Shown in pieces: positions 37,774 through 49,764 of a DNA stretch of 64,000 bases (positions within the stretch are counted from its first letter, which is position 1; each line of letters starts with the position of its first letter). A model generated the notes under the pieces. The model saw nothing but the letters and a program-made list of their open reading frames with translations, had not been told where the DNA came from and did no database searches. Origin of the DNA: Balanoglossus misakiensis. Its lineage: Eukaryota; Animalia; Hemichordata. Position numbers and translations under genes: made by a program. Where the stretch lies: positions 5,142,879 through 5,206,878 of the forward strand of contig CM082579.2 of the NCBI GenBank assembly GCA_040954595.2. The letters run 5' to 3'.

Positions 37774-40700
37774 GAGATACCAATGCGTCAGTCACCCCCT
37801 GTAAGAGGCAGAGGACTGCTCTACCCATGCCCCCTTTTCACCGGATGGCGATACTAGGCGGCAGGCATGGACCATTTGTCGATAACAGGGGGGGCGTTTG
37901 TGTAAAACACCCCCTTCTTTGTGACAGGGATGTACAGATTTCTAAGAATAATTGCCAAATTGTGAGATATATTTGTACATGTTCTATATTGACCTCATTT
38001 ACAAACTTTTCATGACAACTTGATTTAAAAAAAAAAACTGATAACACTTTCTGGTGTGAGAAAAAAATGTAGTCGTCACCGACTAGATGCGATTAGATAT
38101 CTTCCCTCTTAATCAAATGGTTCATTCCTGTTCAAGCGACAATCCCATCTTACACTGACACCACATTCCACCTTGAAACCACCCTAACCATCCCTGTTCG
38201 AAAATGGTTTACCCTGTCGAGGAGAGTGAACCTCTTTTTTTTTTCGAGAGGGATGGATAGGTCATTGTGTCATTAATTTTACACTGGTGCTTGAGGGTTT
38301 AAATGGATAAGTTAAAATACAGAGTAACTGCTGACATCCTGTGCTCTCCTTCCCCCCTCCCCTCTCATCCCCTGCCCCTCCCAGTAAAGCATAACCTCTG
38401 CCTTCTAAGTACAAGGGCTGAGACTGACTGACACTCTGCAAGGGTCGCATTAAGAACAGTTTTGATACTGGCTATCTACTAACATGTAATGTTATAGAGT
38501 ATAAAAAAAACACGTTAAGTACTGATACGATGCCCTGGTATTCATTCAATCCGGATACGCGGAGTCACACTTGGTGGGAGAAATCTGACGTCTGGAAGGG
38601 AGGAAATTTTTTTCATCCTTGCATGAGATTGTATTCTGTGAAGTACATCCTTCCACGTCAGTTGAATTCTGTCAGTGTTGACTCACAATATCTTGATCCA
38701 TGAATGCCAGGCAAGCCATAGTCAGCAATAAGGAATATTTTCGCTTTTCCGGTGTGCTCTCGTTTCCCATCTCGTCACTCTGGTAAACAAATAAGCGACA
38801 TATAGTTTTCATGCTTTTATTGTTTTTAAAAATAAACGGCTATAATATCCTCTTGGTTTCATCACCTCCACATAACAGTACTTGCATCTAACCCTTTCAT
38901 TGTTCATACTCTCATGCTGAAATTAACCTGTGCATGTCTTTCATGTTCCCTACAAGAGCGCAAAGTGACCAAAATTTCACATTTTGGTGAAAATATGCGG
39001 GTTACGAATGGGGATACTGTTACATTAGTGATGTGATCAATGACAATGGAAGGGTTTACTGGTGCCAATTTCTTAGGTTTTTTTGTACATTTCTGCTTCC
39101 TTTTAATCATTTCATTTATTGACTGTACACTCTTCCCCGTTTTCTCTTCATTTTTCTGCCATATCACTCCGACTTTTTTATTGCAATGCATGTGAACCCC
39201 AACTTGTAATAATTATTTTCGTTAATCTGCAGCAGTTTCCTAGTGTAAGATTCTTTTTCACGTTTTAGTTTGGGTTACTGCTGCTGTTGTTGTTTGAGTT
39301 TTGTTTACACTGGAGTGCTGCCAAGGAATTTGCATGCGGAAATGGAAGCACATGTGGGACTGGGAAAGTAAACGGATCTTTGCTGCTTTAAGTGGCCCAG
39401 CATCTTGCCATCCATTCGTTGTGTATAGGCGTAGATACACAGTACCAGACTGTACTTAATGCATCCATGGCAGTATCTGAATACTGCAAGCTACTTGTTA
39501 TACTCGACACACAACTCACTCAAGTTGGATCTTGTTGATAATACTGTCAGAATCTAGACCGGCACTCCGACTTCATAAGAACGTCGTTTATGGGAACCAG
39601 ACTATTAAAACAGACAATATACGTCTGGTAGATATAGGTAGATGAAGTTACCGGGGTGAAAACACCTGAGAATTTTATGACAAAATCGCATGTTTTTGTT
39701 CAACGTAGGTTTGGGTATCTTTTCAGTGGTTTTTCCCATGTTCACTGCCATGGCAACAGGCATTACATCTGTCAGAATGAAACAAGTCAAAATTTCGTCA
39801 AAATAATTGTGTGTGTTTTGATCAAGTTTAACACACACATTCAAATCTTCACTTTCATCGCATTTGAAGGTTGGTTTACTTACTAGAACATGTTCACATG
39901 GAGATTTACTCAGATCTAACAGACAACATGACAGTGTCCACGACGGTGAAGATTGGAAAGCTCAGTTTTTAAGGAAAGTCAGAGTTCAGAAGTCTATTTC
40001 TGTCAGGTCATGTGTTCACCAGAATCGGGTTTTGGAATATCAACCATGAAATGCTGCACATTCAGTATTTGATGCTTGTACAAATAAATGTTTACCAGAA
40101 GGGAAACAAAAACCAAATTTATAACTTTTGGCAGCAGAGAATTGAAATTTGACTAATGTTCTGACAATTGTGCTTGTACAGATAATAAATTCTCATCAAT
40201 TCAAAATGAGGTAAATTAAAAGAAAACAATTCCAAAGAAATTCCAACTAAAATCTAATTACAATACATGTATACAGTAGATATGTAGTATCTGAAACACA
40301 TGGCTGCAAGGCTATGAACTCTGGCGGTCTACTCTAAACAGTTTTTTTCAATCATGTAATGTATTAAGACTTCTATGATATAGAAAATGGGTGTATTCAT
40401 TGGCTTCTTGAAAACTTGGGAATGCCACTTGAGGGCGCTTTCCCCGACCCAAACCAGCAAAGAGTCAGTTTTGCCACATATAGTCAATGACTCGTACTTT
40501 GTGTTTATTCAGATTCCACAAGTGAGTGTGCCATTATGAATGAAGGTAATAATGAAATTACCATGTGTAATCAACTTGCAAGCATTTGAGGAAACCCGTA
40601 GCTGTTCAAAACAGAAATTTAAAGTCCAACTTGATGTCGGAATCCTGACTTGTGAAAGTGAGATTTTGTGAGGGGCAGTGTAACTTTTAAACTTATGGAA

Positions 40701-42976
40701 ACGATAATTGTAATTCAGTATTTTTGAAATTCCTCCACAGGATGAAATGAAATACCTTTCTTTGTAAATGTACGATACATGTTTTATTTGTGCCATATTA
40801 CGAATTTTTTTGCATTATCATAAATTAATTCTTAAATTGCTAATTTATTTCAAATTGGTATAATGTCATAAAGAAGTACTTTTTCCCTGAGAATTTGTAT
40901 TTAAATGTTTTAAGAATTAATGCATGCAAAGCATAAATGGGAACAGCAGGTAGTTGCATGCTGTTAGCATTTTTAAATTTGACAAATGACATGCATATTT
41001 CTGGAGCAATCAGTCATAATTATAAATTTGGCTTCAATATTTGTTATCCCATTAGAGATGGATAAAATTTGCACACAAAAGATGTGATTTGACATTTCAC
41101 AATTTCTTCTTGAAATTATACTCATCTGGGAGTTCAATGTCGGATATTCAAACTTAATGGTACCTTCATTATCTATTGGTTTTAAGCACTTTTGCCATTT
41201 TATGCAAATTTTAGTGGCCATTTTGTATCAGTATGGTAATAATTTCTGTAATATGTGCAAAGCAAATGCTTCATAAATCACTATTTACTTTCTTTGATTC
41301 TTTGAAAATGGAGCCTTTTGGTCACCAAGCAATCATTTCATCTGTAAATTTATTGACTTTTTAGCATTTCTCTTTCAAGATTGAAATCTTCCCATTTTAT
41401 GATCATGTATGTAAATTGCCATCAGTGGCTGTTGACTCAGAAATGTTATTTTTCTACTGTGGCCTGTTTATTTATTTTCTGTTATTTATTGTTGATTTTG
41501 CTCGCGACTGTAAAATTTTGGAATGTATATCCATGGTAGAATCTTGTGGTGTGTCTAAACGTTGCACATCAACATGAAATTCAAGGCATGCACCAATTCA
41601 TTCTATGCATCTGTCATTTTTTCAAGTCATGTGGTGAGTTGACGATTCCCACAATGCCTTGTGAAGCAGGGTAGATTCTAAATGCCTTTCTGTGTGCATG
41701 CTTATTGAACAGACACCGACCAGTTGCATTCTGGGATGACCGGAAACTTATTGCTAAACTTCCTCAGTGCAATTTGAAATTTGTTAGTGTAGTGTCTAAA
41801 TCTGAGTACAATTTTGATGAATTGTGTAGTGGGGGGGTCGCTGAGCTGATTATGCGCAAATTTATATCAAAAACCTCCCAATGATTGTTATGTTGAAATG
41901 TAATTTGGATTCATTGTGTAAATCTGTGGTGTGAATTAGCACCACATACCACTGGAGATATTTAAAAAAAGGGCAGGTTTATCGAGCAACAGTGATATAG
42001 TTGGGATGTCACTGTTGTTACCCAATCAAAATGCTAGTCTAGTCCCCAAGGTTGTCAGTGTTGAGTTGGAAAATGTTAAAAATGGGGTTCATTGCATGTA
42101 ACTTAAATATGGCCGGAACATTTTTTTATCCCTCGGGAAAGAAATTTGATTGGAAATTGGTGCTGTATCCGGGGGCAAGATGATCGACAAACAAGCTGGA
42201 TTTGTACGCTTCCAGGAAATCCTGGATTTTAAAACCACCCCGAGTGTGAGAAATGACAAGGATGCCAGGTGGCTCGTGCTTGCATGTCAACTGAACACAG
42301 CACGCAGCTTGTGGCATCAAAATTTGCTGAAAGGAACTTGCCTCCAAATTAAGCTAACAGTGCAAACCTGCTTGTTACAGAATCAAATATAGCTACCTGT
42401 AGAGATCAACTAGATATTGTAATCAGTAAATGTAGTGTGGTGTAGCGTATTGTAGATTAAGAATCCCCTGATGTCAAAGGTGCAGCAGAATTTGTAAATC
42501 TTTCAGGGGTTCCGTAAATCGCCCAAATAAACGGGAGAAAAAAATCACCGCTGCTTTGTGAAAGTGGAAGAAAGAAATGTAGAAAGTATTGGAAAAAATT
42601 TTGCTCTTGTCCCGTTACTGTCAATGTACTCTGACCAACTATTGTATGGTTGCGTTGAATTCTTCAAGTGTCACCTGTGTGTAAGTTTGCTCGGCTGAAA
42701 TGACAATAAATTTGAGTGAAGCCATGTTAGAGTCTCGTTTCATTTCTTTCTCTTTTTGTGATGGGGTTGATAGTGGAACGGAGTGAAGTGAAGGCAATTT
42801 TCGTTCATATGTGATTTTTACCCCAATTAAGACTTTCCTCCCGAATACCCGTAAAATCAATATCAAAGACGTATGAGACCTGTGGTTTATTATAAATCCA
42901 CTGTTGGCGGACGACAACGAACATTCAGCCTATCTGTAAAGTTGCTGACAGCGGAGCTAAAATGATCTGAAGCAAT

Positions 42977-42991
42977 GTAACCATTGGTAAC
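42977..42991. promoter_or_regulatory. RFX X-box upstream of CFAP97
   Basis: GTAACC-ATT-GGTAAC fits the X-box consensus GTNRCC-N(0-3)-RGYAAC and lies about 200 bp upstream of the ATG of a ciliary gene. Confidence 0.65.
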
Positions 42992-43192
42992 AGATGCATT
43001 CCCAGCACATCTCGCGTTATTTCACGAGAACGTTGATCATGGGCTTCCCTCACTGTGTCCCACAATGCATTGCTGTTTACATCGCAGTTGCTACAAAACA
43101 ATTTCCAGCAACCGTCTGCATTGTTGTTGCGACAGTGATCTGACAACCGGTTCCCACAGTATCCGTGTGCAGTGTCCGATCACGTTGGAAAT

Positions 43193-46100
43193 ATGTCTGA
43201 CGACCTAGACGAATCGATCGACCACGATTTCTTCGACTTGGGCGACGAGAAAAATCAGCGATCGCGGGATTGGCGCGACCACAGTCCGGATAGACATCGT
43301 TCGAGTCCAGACAAGCATCGATCTGAAGGTAAACAAAATGGCGGTGGTGGGGAATGGACTTCGCTTGTCACTGGAAGCGCTAGATCTACCGGCAGTACAG
43401 GCAGTAAGAGAGAGATTAAAACAAAAATACCGACCGGCACGCCACGGGAGGACGACTTTGACTATTCATCCGATGAAGACCACTTAGAAATTATAAAACA
43501 AAGTCGAAATGATCGCAAGAACACCGACAACAAGCAGAAACATGCCACACGGGATGACAGTCCCAAAGCCACGGAGTCGGACAAACCTCGCAGAAACTTG
43601 AAAAGTGCGGGCCCAAGACGACTAAGTCCAAGGCAGGATAAACGTCCAAAAGACCCGAGTCCAAGGCGGGATAAAGACAAGAAAGGTGACTCGAGATATA
43701 AGAAAGGACACGGTGCAGACTCAGGTAGTGAAAGTGACTCTGATTACAGTTATTCCTCTTACACCAGCAGCAGCGATTACACATCGTACACTGACTCCGA
43801 AAGCGAAATCACCGATGTGTCCCCGCTTTCAAGCCCGCAAGGTAGCCCCCGCAGGCAAAGGCGGTCAAAGAAGACCGGATCGGAAGACCCCGAGCAAACC
43901 CACAGCCCGGTAGAGTCGCCGAAACGGGTGACCCTAGGAGGTAAGCCGCCAGCCAGACCCCTGTCGGCCAAGCGGAGCCCCCGACACAAGGACTTCGTTC
44001 AGTACTCTGGTATGACACCGAACGGTCAACGCGATGCCCTTATGCACAGTACAGACAACAGGGACTTGAGTCTCCTTCTACGGGCCGTCCTTGAACTTGA
44101 CGAGTCTGCCAAGCAGACTTTGAGACAGGGAATCAGTGAATCGTCCGCACAGAAGGTTCTCTTTCAACCGGAGAAACCCCAACCACAAAACCGGAAAAAT
44201 TTGTCGTTCAGCAATGACCGAGTGAGACAAATTGACTCAGAAAATCAGAGACTGCTTAGAAATATATTGAAGAACACTAAGCCCAAACCAAAGAAAAAAC
44301 CGGTGGAGCCACAACCAGTGATGCTAAGTCATGCTGCTCTAAACAGAGCTAGGCAACAGAGGAGAATAGAACGGGAAAATTTTGTAAGTATGCAGTGTTG
44401 TCGGGGGGGGGGGGGGGGCTAGTGGCCCTTTAACCCTTTCACCACCATGGTTCAGTCCAAACCCATTGATTTCTGTGGTACGGTTGGACCTCTAAAAAGA
44501 GGGAACTGGTGGTGAAAGGGTTAAAATGATATCACTCACATGTTGGAGATATTACATTCCCCCTTGCCAGAGTGGAACCCCCCCCCCCCCCCAAAAAAAA
44601 AATAGACCCTGGCAAAGGGGGACATATCCCCCCTGTTGATGCAAGCCCGAATAGAACACTGGTATGGCACACAGATGTATGTTATTGTTCCACATATGCT
44701 TAGCTACCACACCTCACTAAAACTGCACATACAAAAGTCACCGATATAATCAGAAGCCTTTGTGTTCTTTCTGTCCCAGGCAAAATTTCCTTATTTGATG
44801 ACCCTTGGGATCAAATCATACAATGCTGGCATCCAACCAACCATTGATAAGATAATTTTGAAAGTGCGATAATACATATGTTATCGTGGGCGTTACCTGG
44901 TCAGAGCCAGCTACCAGTGAGTTGTTTTCAGGAGGGTTACCATGGGGATCATGTTATCTGCATGTCATGTGCCATTTACTGATAAAGTAGAAAGGTTATG
45001 ACAGGACAGATACGGAACAAATGCATACATGTAATTGTATGGTCCAAAGATATAAATGTCTTTTCTGACCAAAAAGATTATGATTTTGTGGGTTTCCTAA
45101 GAAATACACGAAAGCATACTGTAGTACTTTTACAGTTTGCATCTTTAGATACATGTAGCACGAAGTGGACATGCATCATTACTGGCAAAATTCGATCAAT
45201 ACAGGTTCGTGTAGAGACAAAGAATTTTTTTGTTCATCCATAAATCAATATGTCAGTACAAGAAACAACAATGGTGTAACTTACTATTTCCAACCACTGA
45301 AGTAAGACAAATTTCGTAGCCGCCTTTTGGCAATCTGAAGTTAGACTGATAGAGACATGATTGTACTTGCGCAAGTCAGTCTGGATTAGAGAAAATAGTC
45401 AGCTGTCCACAAAATACCACGTCAGCACCTTGCAAACATTTCAGTATCGCATTAAATGCACTTAAAAACTACAATGTACACAAAGCACTGTATAGAAAAT
45501 GTCACAATGCACCCCCGAGTGTAAATGCGCGTTTGAAATTAAATTACTCCCAGATTCGTTAAAATTCTGAACCACAAGGTTTCCAGGTGTTTTGAAGGTT
45601 TGGTGGTACATTCTGCTATTTCATTTTGCCATTAAATCCCCAGGGGGTTATAGTACAGAACTGCTAGATTACATCCACGGAAAGGTGATTTGGTTTGCTT
45701 TTGTTCCTTCATTTAAATCCTGTGTGAATTTGTGTCATCTACATGTATGGATAAAAGTTGTATCTCCATATACATTGTAGTAGTACACGTCGTATATAGA
45801 TAGATGGTGTTGAATGATCCTACTTTGGCTTTTAGGTAATTTCAGATTAAATACAAATGTTGGTAGTGTCTGTTGATAGCAGTGTCAATTGAATAAAAGA
45901 GTTTTATTTGCTAATGGCAAATGTTAACACGTTTTATGAGTATCATAAATTCTCTTAGTTGGCAACCAAGATTGAATTTTCCGTGCTAAAATAACCAAGA
46001 GAACACATTGGCATATTCCCTGTGAATGAGTTTTATCGGGTGAAAGAAACTTGCTGCTTACATAGACCCAGTGCTAACAAAGGAACACAAATGCACTGGA

Positions 46101-48059
46101 GTTTCACCATGGGATAACTACCCCCCCCCCCACCCCCTTCAACAAAATAATTGGAACAGTGAAGTTGGCTGAACAAACAGAGCCTTAGATACCAATGGCT
46201 CTTGCTTTGTTACAGAAGATGAGTGGGCTACACGTTTATGTGGTGGCAGTGCGCAGTCCTTTGTCATGACTGTTTCTGCATGAGAGATTCTGAAAGGCCG
46301 TGTCCTGAAGAGCTCCCATAGACTGGGTGTTGTTTGGGGGGCCATGTAAACCATACACCAGGGAGTTGAACGTCTTTTGGTGGTGCGTTCGTCTTTTGAC
46401 AGTAAATGGGTAAGAAAAAAAAGACTGCAGCTTAGGTGTAAGATTTTCCACCACCATGGAGTGAGGTGAAAGAATGATTGATAACAGCCGGCAGGGGATA
46501 CAATTACTGGATTTTTCTCCTGCAGAACCGAGAAGGCGCGTGGGGGTCCTTGTGTTATTAAATTGTAAATCTCATCAGTGGTCACCATGGTGATCTTACG
46601 CTGTTGGCTGGCTCGGTTGAACTCGAGGTTAAAACCACCATTGTGGTGTTAGTCGGCTTTGACTAGGCAACAACAAGAATACGTAGCCACCACTGTAAGA
46701 CTGTTGGTACACAAAAATTAATTATATTTTCATTCAGGTTCACACGTATTTTGATATATACAACATAATAACTGACACTAAGTTCACATTCAATGCCAGA
46801 ATAGAGGAAAAAATAATAACTTACTGATATATGTAAAATTTAGACAAAAGTTTGTGTAGACAGCCAATGTATTTCAACAGTGACTTAATCAATCAACATG
46901 AAATATGAACCTGTAAAAGGAAAGAGTGTTCATTAAAGTTCACATTTCTGGGGAACTCAGGAAATTACCAAAATGGCCCAGAGTGCATTTTAGTCCATTT
47001 CCACTCTGCCCTGATGGCTTCCTGTGAACGCATTTGGTTACTTTCAGCACGATTCTAAGCGCTCGATGAAATTTTGATATTTTTTTCCTGTCTACTCTGC
47101 ACACAAAACTGTGGTTACTATTTTCTTTTAGTCTCCACACAAAATTGTACTCAGTGATTGAAATTCATAAAGAATTGTGTGTTAGCTTCAAACATATCTG
47201 ATCTCACAGAAGAATGACTACATACAAATGTATAATATGTTGTTTCATGCGTAATACTATTCATTGATATGCCAGTCGCGCATCCACGGTTACACTTCAG
47301 TGCTTTTCAGGACTTCCTATCATTGTGTGAAATAGATAAGACAAATTGGATTACTCTCAATCCTTATCATTTGTTATTTATCTGATAATGGGAGCCAATT
47401 TCTAGCTTATGTGAGAGACTACATAATGTAGCAGTCCAATTGTAGGTTGTTTCTTGGCAAAAACTTAGTGAGTTTCTCCGTCTCCAAGGCAGTATAGCAT
47501 CTACAGCCTTCAGAAACTGCATCCATCACTAATCGATGCAACATTCTGTTCACAGGAAATGTTGAAGAGGATTGAGCGTCAAAAGGCTACTCGGTATCTA
47601 CAGAGGGATACTCTGCTGAAGGAACACGACAAGCAGTTGACGTTTGGACTCCAAGTGGCCAGGACGGGGGAACGTCCGGCAAGCGCCAAGAAGTCGCGGT
47701 CGACAGGTACGGCCATGATTCACGCAATGCCTTTATATTAGATATGCACATTATTTTTTCTTTATCTATTTCTCAGAGTTGCCATTGCACTCGAAAAATT
47801 AAAATCTGTAGTGCAGTATTTTAGTTGAAACATATCCAAAAAAGTCAAACACTTATGAAAAAAAAAACTTTAGTTCTGACAATTTTTTTTTCTCCTTCTC
47901 AACCCGACAGCTAGAGTCTACACTCAGTCAATGGGATCTCGCACCTCCAGCATATCCAGTCTTCAGAGCCAGGGCCTGCGCTCCACAAGCGGCAGTCGAC
48001 CGACCAGTGCTAAAAAGCCACCAGAGAAGGCAAAACCAGCCTGGGAAGACAGATGGTAG
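43193..48059 (+). CDS. CFAP97: Cilia- and flagella-associated protein 97 (KIAA1430/hemingway family), about 496 aa, 3 exons
   Basis: Exons 43193-44383, 47556-47706, 47911-48059 in phase. Motifs IDHDFFD, ITDVSPLSSP, DLSLLLRAVLEL, RKNLSFSNDRVRQIDSENQRLL, SHAALNRARQQRRIERENF|EMLKRIE, C-terminal KPAWEDRW*. Confidence 0.9.
44434..44520. mobile_element. 87-bp MITE with 14-bp perfect TIRs and TTAA target-site duplication (piggyBac-like)
   Basis: TTAA(44430-33) CCCTTTCACCACCA ... TGGTGGTGAAAGGG TTAA(44521-24); a second, inverted and degenerate copy lies at 62006-62080. Confidence 0.8.
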
Positions 48060-49764
48060 CTCGTCCGGACAACCTATTCCCAGTAATTGTAATCCTTCTG
48101 AGTCATTTTACAGGAATGTACCGAGAAAGTCGTTTTTATCGAATGGATAATTTAATTTTTAATGCTAAATTAATAGATTCTTACAAAAACTTACGGAAAT
48201 GTTCTGCTGAGCAGAGAGAGTTCTTTTTTTTTCTTGAAATTTACCCTGATCTTCTCATTTTGAAGAATTATTTGAAATGCAAATTACTGATGCAATCTAC
48301 CCTGAATTAACCTTGTATATGGTTTGCGCCCATTGCTAATATGCAAGGTGAAACCATTCTCCAGAAATTATAAGTCATATCGCAGATAACGTGGCATTTA
48401 TGTCCTTCATATTCCTAACAGTGGACAATCGATTCACAAAGAATATGAAGCCTAGTATGAAGTCGTAACTTTGAGTAAGTTGAAGACACAAATTAATGAA
48501 TCTTAGGAAAGTGCAATAGTGTGTAAATGTATACTTTTGAAATAGAACAGAACAGACTAAAATAAATCAATACTATATAATGGACACTTGCACACACTTC
48601 AAGTGTTTCTTTTGCTCCTTACGATTGAAAAGAGTACAGGCAATGTTTAAAATTTTGCTTTCAGTTTATTTTAGTACCGGCATCGTCTGACTTATGTCAC
48701 GAGTCTGTATTACCATATCAATGGTAAAACTATATAGCTGATAGTAGTGCTGTATTAGTAGATGCTGACATTATTTAGCTCAGTATGTATGTAGTACACA
48801 GTGTGTGTGTTGTGTGTGTGACCTGGAAAGTTCAATTTATCCCAGCACGGTAGAATGGCAGTTTTTTTTCCCGTTACAAATGTTTAAAAGGGTGATCTGA
48901 TGATTTTAGATGTACGAGTTGTATATGCTGGGTCAGAAAGATACTCATATTGATTTAATTTTAAATCGTTGTCCAGAAACCTTTTCTGCTGCTGATGGTA
49001 TACAGCACATTAAAAAATTTGTAGAAGTGCGTATTTTATCATTTTCCTTCTGCAAATTTTGAAGTTCTTTTGTTGTGAACAAATGTTTTTGTTACATTTT
49101 TTTCTTTACAGATGTATGAATTTACAGCACATGAATTCCGAGCAAACTTGTAGCAGCTGTGATTTCCAATATTTTATAATTATTGTAATTTTTGCAATTA
49201 CGAATGATATATATGCCTGCTTTGCACTTCATAAGTTTTATTTCATAGAGCTATATTATCTGTTGCTGATTGTGATTTTGATAATCCTTCAGAATAAAGT
49301 GAAATATTATTCAATTCAATCTGTCCGTCATCCTTCTGTTGATCTGATAGAGGTGACACTGTTTACAAGCAGTTGTGGGTTGTTCTTAGTTTGGAACCAT
49401 CTGGTTTTGTGAAGTGAAATGTTGCTTCATCCAGATTAACTTCTTGCTGGCTTGAGCGCATCAACAACCTGGCCGATGAACATACTGTACTTGTAGTCTG
49501 GTCAAAAATACTTGTAGTTGTGGGGAAGATAACGATCAGCTAAAATCTTCTTAAAAATCTTAACCTATTTTTAAGATTATTGTCCCTACACACACACACA
49601 TTCCGGAACATGAAATGTTAAATTTCTACATATTCACTCAAGCAGCAGAATATGAAAGCGTGCAGTGTTTTCACTGCCATCATTTTATCATCACTGGAGT
49701 GCTGCCTACAAGTACTGACTTGATTCCACTTGGCTTCGCTGGAGGGATTTCATTTGCATTCGTG

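Noticed and set aside
37771-37804. Possible stop-codon readthrough of TRIM2/3
   Set aside because: The TAG falls exactly at the conserved YxYLQ C-terminus and lacks a known readthrough context.
46500-46710. Minus-strand CTGATGAG suggesting a hammerhead ribozyme, and a tRNA/SINE-like look nearby
   Set aside because: No stem II closing onto CGAAA, and no cloverleaf or clear A/B boxes could be built.
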